The notes beneath the pieces were generated by a model, which worked only from the letters and a program-made list of their open reading frames with translations, searched no databases and was not told where the DNA came from. Positions 1-9,432 of a DNA stretch of 32,000 bases are shown piece by piece. The stretch comes from Bellilinea caldifistulae (GTDB lineage Bacteria > Chloroflexota > Anaerolineae > Anaerolineales > Anaerolineaceae): assembly GCF_001306055.1 (NCBI RefSeq), contig NZ_LGHJ01000006.1, positions 90,001-122,000 on the forward strand, in the 5' to 3' direction. How positions within the stretch are numbered: the stretch's first letter is position 1; each line of letters begins with the position of its first letter. The translations under genes and the position numbers were made by a program.

Positions 1-255
1 GGCTGAGGGGGAGGCTGCTTCGCCTTCCGGCGGGGTTGGAAGGGAGTCGGGGCTATTTTGCGGCTGGAAATCGGGGGAAGATTCGGCTGCACACATTGCT
101 ACTGGGATTATAGCATGAGGCGAACTAATCGCCTCTCATCCAGATGCGTTTGGGATAAAAGGTATCGGCTGGCGGGCGGAAAATTTCGCGGAAAGGTGTT
201 GATCTACCCCTTTCTACAACAGCATATTTGGTTTGTTCCTCTCCTTCCATAGTGC

Positions 256-261
256 TATAAT
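256..261 (+). promoter_or_regulatory. Candidate -10 box (TATAAT) 8 nt upstream of the ATG at 270; possible leaderless or very short-leader transcript
   Basis: Exact TATAAT at 256-261. No Shine-Dalgarno sequence lies between it and the start codon. Confidence 0.3.
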
Positions 262-269
262 CCAAAACG

Positions 270-1037
270 ATGAACCTCTTTTCGCTGATGGTCGGAATAG
301 GCGCATCGCTGGGTCTGCTGCAAGTCTGGCGGGACGCGCCGCCGCGCAGGGAGTTTGCCTGGCTGCTGAACGGCTGGCTGATTCTGCTGACGGCGCTGAT
401 CGGCGGGCGGGCCGGTTTCGTCTGGCTCAACCCGCACCTGTTTGCCGGGGACTGGCAGGCGGCGCTGCGTTTTTGGGAAGGCGGGCTGATTTTTCCCACT
501 GCCTTACTGGCGGTTCTACTGATGATTCCCCTTCTGACCATCCTCCGTCGTCTATCCATCCCGCAGGCGGCCGATCTCACCATTCTTCTGCTCATCCCCC
601 TGGCGGTGAGCCTGTGGCTGGGTTGCGGTGTAGCCGGATGCGCTTACGGCATGGCACTGACCGATCAGTATCCCTGGGCGCTGCCGGTGCTCGATTCGGA
701 CGGCACACTGACTTACCGTTTGCCGCTGCCCTATCTGGCGGCGTTCGTCCTTCTGCTGATTGCCCGCCCGGTGGAGAAGAAAGCTATCGAACTTCAAATA
801 CCGGGGGCACGCGCCAGTTTGCTCGGTTTTGTGCTGGGTGTGCACACCTTAATCTTTTCCTCGTGGCGTGCCGATGCCGTACCCACCTTTCAAAACATTC
901 GGCTGGATTTGGCTGTCGGTACGCTGTTAGCCGTGATTGGCCTGTTCGGCGCGCTGGTGATTGAGGTTATCCGTCTTTCCAAAGCCCTCAACCGCCGCCG
1001 TCTCTCTGCCAGACGCCCCCCTCATCCTTCTACTTAG
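270..1037 (+). CDS. Polytopic membrane protein, Lgt-like (prolipoprotein diacylglyceryl transferase family)
   Basis: 255-aa ORF with several hydrophobic helices. The motifs GGRAGFVWLN, FWEGGLIFPTALL and LGCGVAGCAYG resemble Lgt-family signatures recalled from memory. Confidence 0.6.
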   Translation: MNLFSLMVGIGASLGLLQVWRDAPPRREFAWLLNGWLILLTALIGGRAGFVWLNPHLFAGDWQAALRFWEGGLIFPTALLAVLLMIPLLTILRRLSIPQAADLTILLLIPLAVSLWLGCGVAGCAYGMALTDQYPWALPVLDSDGTLTYRLPLPYLAAFVLLLIARPVEKKAIELQIPGARASLLGFVLGVHTLIFSSWRADAVPTFQNIRLDLAVGTLLAVIGLFGALVIEVIRLSKALNRRRLSARRPPHPST

Positions 1038-1050
1038 GAAAAAGCAACCC

Positions 1051-1914
1051 ATGAGATTGACGCTCGGATTGGCTCAAATCAATACCGTGCTGGGCAAGCC
1101 GGAAGCAAACCTCGAAAAACACCTCGCCCTTGCCCGGCAAGCCGCTCAGGATGGAGCGGATTTGCTCATCTTCCCCGAACTTTCACTGACCGGTTATGTG
1201 CTGCAAGACCTGACCGCGGCGGTGGCTCACCGCCCGCAGGCCGATGACCCGCTCTTCCAACCGCTGCTGGAAGCCTCTCGCAAGATTGACTTACTGGTGG
1301 GCTTCGTGGAAGAAGACACCCGTAACCGTTTTTACATCGCTGCCGCCTATCTTTCCAAAGGGGAAGTATGCCACGTTCATCGCAAGGTGTATTTACCCAC
1401 CTACGGGCTGTTTGACGAGGGGCGTTTCTTCGCCTGGGGAGATGCGATTCAGGCGTTTGAAACCCGTTTTGGGCGGGCGGGGATACTGATCTGCGAGGAC
1501 TTCTGGCACGCTTCGCCGCCTTACCTGCTGTGGCTGGACGGCGCCGACCTGTTTCTGTTTACCTCCGCTTCGCCAGGGCGCGGCCTGAACAGTGCGCCAA
1601 TTCTCGAATCGGCACGCTGGGTGGAGCACATCAACCACGCCTACGCCAGTTTGTTTACCGCTTTTGTGGCACACACCAACCGGGTGGGTTACGAGGACGG
1701 CCTGAATTTTTGGGGCGGCTCAACCGTCTTTGACCCGAACGGGGAATTGATTGTGCAGGCCCCCTACTTTGAAGAGGGAGTCACGCTGGCAGAATTAGAC
1801 CTCAATCAACTGCACCGCACCCGCGCCCGTCTGCCGCTTTTGCGCGACGAACGCACCGCCCTCGTCCAGCGCGAACTGAACCGCATCCTCACCAGCCGCA
1901 CCTCCGGCAGATAA
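1051..1914 (+). CDS. Carbon-nitrogen hydrolase (nitrilase superfamily); probable glutaminase partner of the adjacent NadE
   Basis: A Glu-Lys-Cys triad context is visible: [26 protein letters not shown] chose the internal ATG at 1051 ([11 protein letters not shown]) because the longer ORF start at 961 overlaps the preceding gene. The stop lies 7 nt before nadE. Confidence 0.8.
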   Translation: MRLTLGLAQINTVLGKPEANLEKHLALARQAAQDGADLLIFPELSLTGYVLQDLTAAVAHRPQADDPLFQPLLEASRKIDLLVGFVEEDTRNRFYIAAAYLSKGEVCHVHRKVYLPTYGLFDEGRFFAWGDAIQAFETRFGRAGILICEDFWHASPPYLLWLDGADLFLFTSASPGRGLNSAPILESARWVEHINHAYASLFTAFVAHTNRVGYEDGLNFWGGSTVFDPNGELIVQAPYFEEGVTLAELDLNQLHRTRARLPLLRDERTALVQRELNRILTSRTSGR

Positions 1915-1921
1915 AAAGAGA

Positions 1922-2755
1922 ATGGCCATGAAACCGATTGACCTGACGATTAACACCGACCTTGCCCGGCGTATTTTAACCGGCTTCATCCGCAGTGAAA
2001 TTACCCGCATGGGCTTTTCGCGCGCTGTGATTGGCCTTTCCGGGGGGATTGATTCGGCGGTTTCCTGTTTTCTGGCAGCCGAGGCGCTTGGCGGGCAGAA
2101 TGTACTGGCCGTGCGTATGCCCTACCGCACTTCCTCGCCTGATTCGCTGGAAGACGCCCAAAAGGTGATTGATGCCACCGGCGTGCAATCGCTCACGGTG
2201 GAAATTACCCCAATGGTCGAACCGCTTTTCCAGCGCTTTCCCGATATGGATAATATGCGCCGCGGCAACATCATGGCGCGCCAGCGCATGATTATTCTCT
2301 ACGACCAATCGGCGGCTTTTGGCGGTCTGGTGGTGGGCACCGGCAACAAGACCGAGATTTTGCTGGGATACACCACCCTGTACGGCGACTCGGCCTGCGC
2401 CCTCAACCCGATTGGCGACCTGTATAAAACCCAGCTGCGCCAGTTAGCCGAGGCCCTGGGCGTGCCGGAGTCCATCCGCCGCAAAGCCCCCTCGGCAGAC
2501 CTGTGGGCGGGGCAGACGGACGAGGGCGAACTGGGCTACACCTACGCCGAAGTGGATCAGCTGCTCTACCTGCTGGTGGATCAACGCTATACGCCTCAGG
2601 AATGTATCGAAGCGGGTTTCGATGCTTCCTTTGTCCATAAGGTGGTGGATCGGATGCGCCGTAATCAATTCAAGCGCATTTTGCCGCCGATTGCCAAACT
2701 CAGCAACCGAACCATCGGATACGATTTTCTCTACCTGCGCGATTGGGGTACTTAA
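1922..2755 (+). CDS. nadE: NAD+ synthetase, synthetase (PP-loop ATP pyrophosphatase) subunit
   Basis: 277 aa with the PP-loop SGGIDS in [10 protein letters not shown], plus typical NadE blocks ([19 protein letters not shown]). Confidence 0.9.
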   Translation: MAMKPIDLTINTDLARRILTGFIRSEITRMGFSRAVIGLSGGIDSAVSCFLAAEALGGQNVLAVRMPYRTSSPDSLEDAQKVIDATGVQSLTVEITPMVEPLFQRFPDMDNMRRGNIMARQRMIILYDQSAAFGGLVVGTGNKTEILLGYTTLYGDSACALNPIGDLYKTQLRQLAEALGVPESIRRKAPSADLWAGQTDEGELGYTYAEVDQLLYLLVDQRYTPQECIEAGFDASFVHKVVDRMRRNQFKRILPPIAKLSNRTIGYDFLYLRDWGT

Positions 2756-4656
2756 TAAACCGTCTGGTGAAGTTCTGTCCAGCGTTCCAGGCGCTCATCC
2801 AGTTTGCGCTGCACCTGCTGATATTCTTCCCCTAAACGGCTGACTTCCAGCGGATCAGCCGGCGGGTTTTCTAAACGGCGGCTGATGTCCTCCAGCCGTT
2901 TTTCCAACTCGCTGATTTCGGCTTCCAAAGCATCTATGACCGCCTGCCGGCGCTGCTGCTGATTGCGGGACGGCTCGTTGCGGGCGGTCTGCCGCTCGGC
3001 TGCAGTGGCCTTTTCCTGACTGCGCCGGGCGGCTTCGGCAGCCGCCTGCGCCGCCACCCATTCCTTGTACTGGCTGTAACTGCCCTCGAAGACGCGCAGG
3101 GCGCGTTCCTGGGGCAGCACTTCCCAGATTTGAGTGGCGAGGGCGTCTATCAGATAGCGGTCGTGAGAAACCAGCAGAATGGTGCCGTTGTAATCGGCCA
3201 GCAGGGATTGGAGGGCTTCCTGGGAAGGCAGATCAAGGTGATTGGTCGGCTCGTCCAGCAGGAGCAGGTTGGCGCCCTGCAGAGCCAGCCGCGCCAGCGC
3301 CAGACGGCCGCGCTCGCCGCCGGAGAGCATTGCCACTGTCTTAAAGACATCATCGCCGGTGAAGAGAAAGCGCGCCAGATAGTCGCGAATCTGAGCCGGC
3401 AGCCAGTCCGGGACGATTTCGGCAATCGAATCCATCAGGGTATGTTCGGGATTCAGGCCTTCGTGCGCCTGCGCAAAATAACCGATCTTCAAGCTGGCGC
3501 CCAGCAACACCTCACCGCTGAACGGCGGGACTTGTTCCAGCAGGGTTTTGAGGAAGGTGGTTTTTCCGGCCCCGTTCGGGCCGATGATGGCAGCGCACTC
3601 CCCCCGCCGCAAGATCAAATCGGGAGCGTAAAAGAGCGGTCGGCCCTCATCCTGATAACCGACTGCCAGCCCCCGCGTGCGGATGACCAGATCGCCCGAG
3701 CGGTTTGCGGCCTGCATCTGAAATTGCAGCCGGCGTGGCTGGCGGGGCGGGGCAAGCCGGGCTTCTTCCAGCAGCCTTTCCAGCCGTTTGCGCCGTCCCT
3801 GCGCCTGACGGGTGTTCTGACCGGCGATGTTGCGGCGGATGTAATCCAGTTCTTTCTCGATGAATTCCTGTTGTGCCTGATATTCCTCCAACCGGCGCTG
3901 ATAACGTTCCTCGCGCTGCACCAGATACGCCGAATAGTTGCCGGGGTAAATTTCCAGTGCGGGAGTCATCTCCCAAATGGTGTTGACCACCTGATCGAGA
4001 AAATAGCGGTCGTGCGAGACGATGACGACACCGCCTTCCCATTCACGCAGGTAGGTTTCCAGCCATTCGATGGCTTGAATATCCAGATGATTGGTCGGTT
4101 CGTCCAGCAGGAGCAGGTCGGGGTTTTCCAGCAGCAGTTTGGCCAGCACGGCGCGGGTGCGCTGTCCGCCGGAGAGGTGCGCCAGAGGACGGTTGAAATC
4201 ACTGCGCCGAAATCCCAAACCGCTCAGAACCTGGGCGGTGCGGGTTTCAAAGGTGTACCCGCCCAGCTGCTCAAACTCGGCTTGCAGTTTCCCGTAGGCT
4301 TCCATGGCCGATTCGGCCTGAGATGGGTCGGCCATGGCGGTTTCCAGTTCGGCCAGTTCTGCCTGCCGTTTCAGCAAGTCGTCAAACACCGTCAGGCATT
4401 CCTGCCAGAGGGTGCGCTGCGAATCGAGGCGGGCTTCCTGCGGCAGGTAGCCAATGCGCAGCCCGCGCGCCCGTTGGACACTGCCGGCGGAGGGTTCTTC
4501 CAATCCCAGCAGGATGCGCAGCAGGGTGGTCTTGCCGACGCCGTTGGCGCCGACCAGCCCGATGCGGGCGCGGGGTGGTATGGCAAATGACAGGTCGCTG
4601 AATAAATCCAGGGCGCCGTAGGATTTGCCTAAGCCAGAAACGGTAATCAGACTCAT
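2752..4656 (-). CDS. ABC-F family ATPase (Uup/YheS/EttA-like, no membrane domain)
   Basis: 634 aa with two Walker A motifs ([18 protein letters not shown]) and two signature motifs ([16 protein letters not shown]). There is an inter-domain linker and a charged coiled-coil C-terminal tail, and no TM helices. Confidence 0.9.
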   Translation of the reverse strand: MSLITVSGLGKSYGALDLFSDLSFAIPPRARIGLVGANGVGKTTLLRILLGLEEPSAGSVQRARGLRIGYLPQEARLDSQRTLWQECLTVFDDLLKRQAELAELETAMADPSQAESAMEAYGKLQAEFEQLGGYTFETRTAQVLSGLGFRRSDFNRPLAHLSGGQRTRAVLAKLLLENPDLLLLDEPTNHLDIQAIEWLETYLREWEGGVVIVSHDRYFLDQVVNTIWEMTPALEIYPGNYSAYLVQREERYQRRLEEYQAQQEFIEKELDYIRRNIAGQNTRQAQGRRKRLERLLEEARLAPPRQPRRLQFQMQAANRSGDLVIRTRGLAVGYQDEGRPLFYAPDLILRRGECAAIIGPNGAGKTTFLKTLLEQVPPFSGEVLLGASLKIGYFAQAHEGLNPEHTLMDSIAEIVPDWLPAQIRDYLARFLFTGDDVFKTVAMLSGGERGRLALARLALQGANLLLLDEPTNHLDLPSQEALQSLLADYNGTILLVSHDRYLIDALATQIWEVLPQERALRVFEGSYSQYKEWVAAQAAAEAARRSQEKATAAERQTARNEPSRNQQQRRQAVIDALEAEISELEKRLEDISRRLENPPADPLEVSRLGEEYQQVQRKLDERLERWTELHQTVY

Positions 4657-4849
4657 GCCGAGAAACAGTATACCGCAGTTTGCCAGAGTGTACAGCGGTG
4701 GAGTTGTTTGGAATGATTGTTGATATTAGCAGTAAAGGTTGTTAAAATAAATTAGCGAAACATGTTTAGACAAGAATGCGAGCATTGCATCGGTAAGGTC
4801 CTCTGTTTGTTCTCCCCCCTCTCAATGCCGGAAAGTCTGGTCAAACCAA

Positions 4850-5659
4850 ATGAACATAACCCTGATTTACTTCTCTCAGACGGGTAACACCCGTCGGATT
4901 GCGAATGCCATGGCGGAGGTGTTTTGTGAATCGGGTTACCCCGCTCGCACCCTCTCCCTCAAAAGAGCATCCCCCAGGGACGCCGTCGAGACAGATGTGA
5001 TTGGGATTGGCAGCCCCTGTTTTTCCAGTCAGGCGCCGACGCCGATAAAAAATTTTTTACACAGCCTGCCGCCCATACCTGGAAAACCCGCCTTTGTTTT
5101 TGCAACCTCCGGTACGGCGCCGGGGCGGGTATTGTATGATCTGTCTTCAATCTTACGTGAAAAAGGTGCCAGCGTGCTGGGCGGTTTTCTAGCCCGCGGC
5201 ACGGTCCGTCACCCCGCACCCTGTCTTTATGGGAGACTACCCGACCGTCCGAATGCGGAAGACCTGGCTGAGGCGCGCCGGTTTGCCCGCGAGATTGCCG
5301 AGAGTCTTGCGAACGGCCGCACCGAGCCGGTTGCCACCAGCCGGCCGGACACCTTCCGCTTGCACGGGGGTTTCTATGATTTCGTGGCTCTTATCAGCAC
5401 AGATTCCGCCCTTCGGTTGCTGATGCCAAAACCAAAACTCAATCCAGCTCAATGCAACCGCTGCCGTTGGTGCGAATTTGAATGCCCGGTCCACAACATT
5501 GAACTTAAACCCTTTCCGGTGATTGCCGGTGAGTGTATTCGCTGCTACCGGTGTGTCAATGGCTGTCCGCAAAAGGCTTACACGGTGGATTGGCGCATCG
5601 GCAACCTGATTGTTTATGCTTTGTATAACAAAACCTTCACGCGCTGGTTTGGAACCTGA
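4850..5659 (+). CDS. Flavodoxin-like domain fused to a 2x[4Fe-4S] ferredoxin domain
   Basis: The N-terminus IYFSQTGNTRRIA is a flavodoxin FMN-loop motif. The C-terminus carries CNRCRWCEFECP and CIRCYRCVNGCP cluster motifs. Confidence 0.8.
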   Translation: MNITLIYFSQTGNTRRIANAMAEVFCESGYPARTLSLKRASPRDAVETDVIGIGSPCFSSQAPTPIKNFLHSLPPIPGKPAFVFATSGTAPGRVLYDLSSILREKGASVLGGFLARGTVRHPAPCLYGRLPDRPNAEDLAEARRFAREIAESLANGRTEPVATSRPDTFRLHGGFYDFVALISTDSALRLLMPKPKLNPAQCNRCRWCEFECPVHNIELKPFPVIAGECIRCYRCVNGCPQKAYTVDWRIGNLIVYALYNKTFTRWFGT

Positions 5660-5745
5660 ACGGTGCGCTGAAAAGTCAGCGTGACCGTTAGCCTCTGGCC
5701 ATTGGTTGGGTTGACCCTTTCAGTTGGGTGTCCTTCGGTGGGTTT

Positions 5746-5780
5746 AAAAAATCAGAGCGGTCATTCCGCCGCTCTGATTT
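5746..5780 (-). terminator. Rho-independent terminator downstream of the ferredoxin gene; possibly bidirectional
   Basis: Perfect 11-bp stem AATCAGAGCGG / CCGCTCTGATT with a 6-nt loop. It is followed by a T-run on the - strand (A-run on +) and by TTT on the + strand. Confidence 0.65.
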
Positions 5781-5806
5781 CTCAAGAAGGAGAGACCAGT
5801 AAAAGT

Positions 5807-6016
<210 letters not shown>

Positions 6017-6128
6017 TCAGCGGTAAGCATAACATATCCGCTCAGGTTTGTTAGCGGTCTTTTGTCATTTAATCGGCGTAAAAATGTCATATTTTAACCG
6101 CTGCAATCTTCCCGCAGCAGTTCTGCGC

Positions 6129-7817
6129 TCATTTCGAAATTGGAATGATCTGGACTTCAAATGACTGCCACTTTTCGCGCATCTGTTGAACCCAGTGGTT
6201 GATTTCGTCCTCTTCAATTTCAAAGATATCCACCGTTTCCGGCGGGATACCCAATTCATCCAGCCAACCGCGAATGCGCTCGCGGGCGCTGATGGCGTCC
6301 GGCTGGTTGGTTGAAGGTGTACCTTCGCTGGAAGGTTGGGTGTCTTCAGCCTTGTGTTTGGGCTTCAGCAGAACAAACTGCACCGACTCGCCTTTTTCCA
6401 ACAGTGCCTGAATCAATCCGCCGTTGGCGTACAGGCTGTTTTCATCCTCGATTTTTAAGATGATTAATCGGCGCAGGCTTTCCAGTGTGATGGGCGGCAG
6501 GCTTTCCGTCCCAACCTGAGCCGAAGCCGTCAGCGGTGCAGATACATACAACAGCGAGAACAGGACGAACACAATCCCGGCCAGCATCAGCAATGGGCGA
6601 AATGCCGGACGGTGGGGCCCTGGAACGGCGCCGGGTTGAACTGCGGTCTGCGGCCGAGTCTGCCGGTACAGGTTCTCGTAACGGGTAAGGGTGTTTTCCA
6701 GGCGGTGCTGCTCGGCCCGCCGCAGGCTGATCTGTCCCATCTCCGCCCAGCGGGGGCGGTTTTCCAGCAGCCATTTCAACCCTTCGGCGGCCGATTGCGG
6801 GTTTTTGGGCTGGAAAAGATAGCCATTTTGCAGGTGAGTGACCAGTTCCGGCAGCGCCGAAGCGTGGGCTGCCAGAACCGGTTTGCCGCACGCCATTGCC
6901 TCCAGCGTGGCAATGCTGAAGGATTCGGCATCACCGGGCATGAGGAAAATATCGCTGGCCGAAATCAGGGCGGGCAGGTGCTCGTGAGGAACGTTACCCA
7001 ACAAATGAACACGATGTTCCAAACCCCGCTTTTGGATCAGTCGCCTGATCTGCGGCAGGCTGGCCCCGCTTCCGGCAATTGCCAGATGAACCTGCTCATC
7101 CGGCAGGGTTGCCAGGGCTTCAATTAACACATCCACCCGTTTCTCCACATCCACCCGCCCCACATACAAGCCGATCACCCTGTCTGCCGGTAAACCAAAT
7201 CCCCTCAGGATTTGTTCTCGATCCACTTTCGAAGGCGGGGTAAATTCACTCAAGCGGATGCCGCAGGAAACCGGTTGAGCCGGGCGGCGGATGCCGTGGG
7301 CTGCCAGCATTTGGGCAGAACTGCGCGAGGGAACGCTGACCGCATCGGCGCGGTTGAGGTGCCGGGCGACAAAACGCCAGCCAATGGCTTCTACGCCGCG
7401 CTTGAAAGGCAGGGGAAGACGGGCGAAATAGGGTGCGCTGATCTCCGGGCCGGGGTGATGGGTGGCAATCGTCGGTATGCTGCGCTGCCTGGCCTCGCGC
7501 ACCGCGCTCTGGCAGAAGGGAGAGGGGTCCTGGACGTGCACCACATCCGGATGGATCTGCTCGAACAAACGCTGCAAAAGCCGCCGGTAGCTCACTGCCA
7601 GCCGCAGGTCTTTGTGAATAAAGCTCAATTGAACGGCTGGCAGACAGATGACTTTCACATTCCCGTCGGAAATTTGGGTAAAGCGCAAAGCCGTGCCGGG
7701 GCGCACCACCCAGACCTGATGCCCGCGGGCAGCCAGCCCGTGTGCCAGATTGGCGGTGAAAATCGCCTGCCCGTTCAACTCCGGTAGATAGGTTGTCGTA
7801 CACAACACAACGCGCAT
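6129..7817 (-). CDS. GT4-family (GT-B) glycosyltransferase with a C-terminal TM helix and an extra ~140-aa domain
   Basis: The N-terminus MRVVLCTTTYLPELNGQA and the later block FLMPGDAESFSIATLEAMACGKPVLA are typical GT4 motifs. The RBS GGGAGGG precedes the ATG. The TM segment is LLMLAGIVFVLFSLLYVSAPL. Confidence 0.85.
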   Translation of the reverse strand: MRVVLCTTTYLPELNGQAIFTANLAHGLAARGHQVWVVRPGTALRFTQISDGNVKVICLPAVQLSFIHKDLRLAVSYRRLLQRLFEQIHPDVVHVQDPSPFCQSAVREARQRSIPTIATHHPGPEISAPYFARLPLPFKRGVEAIGWRFVARHLNRADAVSVPSRSSAQMLAAHGIRRPAQPVSCGIRLSEFTPPSKVDREQILRGFGLPADRVIGLYVGRVDVEKRVDVLIEALATLPDEQVHLAIAGSGASLPQIRRLIQKRGLEHRVHLLGNVPHEHLPALISASDIFLMPGDAESFSIATLEAMACGKPVLAAHASALPELVTHLQNGYLFQPKNPQSAAEGLKWLLENRPRWAEMGQISLRRAEQHRLENTLTRYENLYRQTRPQTAVQPGAVPGPHRPAFRPLLMLAGIVFVLFSLLYVSAPLTASAQVGTESLPPITLESLRRLIILKIEDENSLYANGGLIQALLEKGESVQFVLLKPKHKAEDTQPSSEGTPSTNQPDAISARERIRGWLDELGIPPETVDIFEIEEDEINHWVQQMREKWQSFEVQIIPISK

Positions 7818-7829
7818 CTTGCCCTCCCT

Positions 7830-8474
7830 TCACTGCTCGGCTTTGTCGAGCAGGGTCACAACATCCTTACGGCTGAGCAGATGACGCACGTAAAAAGACG
7901 CTGCCAGTAAAAACAGGAGTGTCGCCGCAAAGGCTGCGTAACGCAGGCCTTGCTGGACGCGCAACAGGCTGGAAGCCATGTAATAACCCACGGCTACCAT
8001 GACGAGGCTGGTCAGCAGATTGGTCACAAGAATAATCGGGAACCATTTGCGCCACGGGACACGCGCCAGTCCAGTGGCAATCAGCACCGGTACGATTAAG
8101 CCGTTGGTCAGTTTGGCAAAAATCAGCAATTTGACGGCTTGCTGGTGAATGACCTGCCGGAACAGGTTGAGTTTTTCGGCATCCACCCCAAACCAGCCGC
8201 GCCGGCGCAGCAGCCAGTCAATTTTGCCGATGTAACCCAACCCATACCACAGGGCATCGGCAATCAAATTGCCAACCGTGGCGGCTATGAACACCGGCAG
8301 CGGATTGAGAAAACCGGCCGAGGACGCCCCGGCAGCCAGTAGAATGGAGATCGGCCCTTCGACCATGACCAGTAAGGTGATGACCACATACAACCACAGG
8401 TGAGCAGAACTGGCGCTGCCGCTGCTCAATGCCGCCCAGAAGTTTTGTCCAAAGCCAAGGATTTGCTCAATCAC
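7830..8474 (-). CDS. DedA/SNARE-associated family membrane protein
   Basis: The VMVEGPISILLAAG ... ATVGNLIADALWYGLGY pattern is DedA-like. The start is ambiguous between TTG at 8489 and GTG at 8474. GTG at 8474 has GAGGA 8 nt upstream. Confidence 0.7.
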   Translation of the reverse strand: MIEQILGFGQNFWAALSSGSASSAHLWLYVVITLLVMVEGPISILLAAGASSAGFLNPLPVFIAATVGNLIADALWYGLGYIGKIDWLLRRRGWFGVDAEKLNLFRQVIHQQAVKLLIFAKLTNGLIVPVLIATGLARVPWRKWFPIILVTNLLTSLVMVAVGYYMASSLLRVQQGLRYAAFAATLLFLLAASFYVRHLLSRKDVVTLLDKAEQ

Positions 8475-8670
8475 TCGTTCCGTCCTCAATGATGACGCGC
8501 TGTTAATCCATTTTGATTAAACCACATCCAGCCGTTCTGACAAGGGGTGAGAAATCGCTTCTTATGGCTTTCTAAAAAACGCCCGTTTGGGGATGAGATT
8601 CACTCCATCCCCGGTCATTCGACCTCGAACGAGGCGACTCTTTCCGGTGCGGGGGCTCTGCGGGGGATTG

Positions 8671-8692
8671 CCGCGCCGCCTGACGGCGGCTC
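8671..8692. repeat. Copy 1 of a GC-rich hairpin repeat CCGCGCCGCCTGACGGCGGCTC, preceded by GGGGGA
   Basis: Identical 22-mer to 30492-30513. The stem is GCCGCC/GGCGGC with loop TGAC. Both copies lie just downstream of a minus-strand gene. Confidence 0.6.
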
Positions 8693-8756
8693 GCAATGAA
8701 ATGTCCTTTTTTAAATTCACTCTGAACTTGTTTGAGAAGGCCGGCTCAAACCAGCC

Positions 8757-9248
8757 CTAGTAAATCACGCAATACAGGCGACGGGCAATCACCTTGCCGC
8801 TGTCCGCTTCGATCAGAAGGTCGGCCCGGTAGAGAAACGGCTCGGGGATACGTGGTGGAGCGGTGGGGGAGATCGTTTCAGCATCCACCGGCTCAGGTGT
8901 GGCAGGGACTGGCTGAAACTGAACGTACCAGTATGTACCTTGTGCGGCAATTTCTCGATTGGCGGGCAAGGCTGGCCCGGGCACGCAACCACCGGCAGCC
9001 GGCTCGGCGTTGAAATTTTCGGCAATCTCAGCACCACTCACCTGTTCGATCAGGCTGATTTGCCAGGCGGCGCGGTCACCGGAAGAGGTGTTCGGTCGCA
9101 AAGCCTGCCAGGCCAGGTCGCCGGCTTGATTTTCGTCCAATTCCAGGGGTTTGGGGGCACATGCGCCGAGCAGAGCCAGGATCAGCATCCAGAAAAAGCC
9201 ATTCACCCGCAAGCGGGCGCATTTGTTTAGAGAGGTCGTCTTGTCCAT
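8757..9248 (-). CDS. Hypothetical secreted lipoprotein
   Basis: 163-aa ORF with a signal peptide and lipobox (LILALLGAC). I recognise no other family. Confidence 0.55.
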   Translation of the reverse strand: MDKTTSLNKCARLRVNGFFWMLILALLGACAPKPLELDENQAGDLAWQALRPNTSSGDRAAWQISLIEQVSGAEIAENFNAEPAAGGCVPGPALPANREIAAQGTYWYVQFQPVPATPEPVDAETISPTAPPRIPEPFLYRADLLIEADSGKVIARRLYCVIY

Positions 9249-9353
9249 TTACCAGAATTATAATACCGGATTTGTCGGATGGGGGAAAGCGGTGGTTGGA
9301 TGCGTGAAACAGCCGGAACCGTAAGGGCGGTAGGTGTAATTATGTACAAGGGA

Positions 9354-9396
9354 TTGTATTTCGGATAATAAAGAGTATAATAGTGATAGTTATCAC
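9354..9396 (+). promoter_or_regulatory. Candidate ndh promoter (TTGTAT-N16-TATAAT) followed by a 14-bp perfect palindrome GTGATAGTTATCAC (putative operator)
   Basis: The -35 box is at 9354-9359 and the -10 box at 9376-9381. The palindrome at 9383-9396 overlaps the expected transcription start. The RBS AAGGAG and the ATG at 9433 follow. Confidence 0.45.
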
Positions 9397-9432
9397 TTTC
9401 ACAAATCAACGGACTCAAGAAAGGAGTTCCCG

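Noticed and set aside
125-595. 156-aa minus-strand ORF at the window start, and the overlapping + ORF 233-964.
   Set aside because: They overlap the Lgt-like membrane protein frame and encode Arg/Ala/Ser-rich low-complexity sequence. The 270-1037 frame has coherent TM helices and family motifs.
3130-4590. 486-aa ORF on the + strand, antisense to the ABC-F gene. Similar long antisense ORFs occur at 13259-14476, 14319-15488, 15561-17078, 17836-18543, 20691-21536, 27974-28771 and 31073-31822.
   Set aside because: These are typical shadow ORFs of high-GC genes. Their translations are low-complexity and rich in Arg, Gly, Ala, Gln and Pro, with no recognisable motifs. The opposite strand in each case encodes a protein with clear family signatures.
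4657-4849. AT-rich divergent intergenic region as a possible riboswitch or small RNA.
   Set aside because: I found only weak, short inverted repeats (for example GAATGC/GCATTG) and no recognisable conserved RNA motif. It is most simply a divergent promoter region.
9383-9402. Naming the ndh palindrome as a Rex or Fur box.
   Set aside because: There is only partial resemblance to either consensus (TTGTGAA-N6-TTCACAA, or the Fur 7-1-7 box). The regulator cannot be assigned from the sequence alone.
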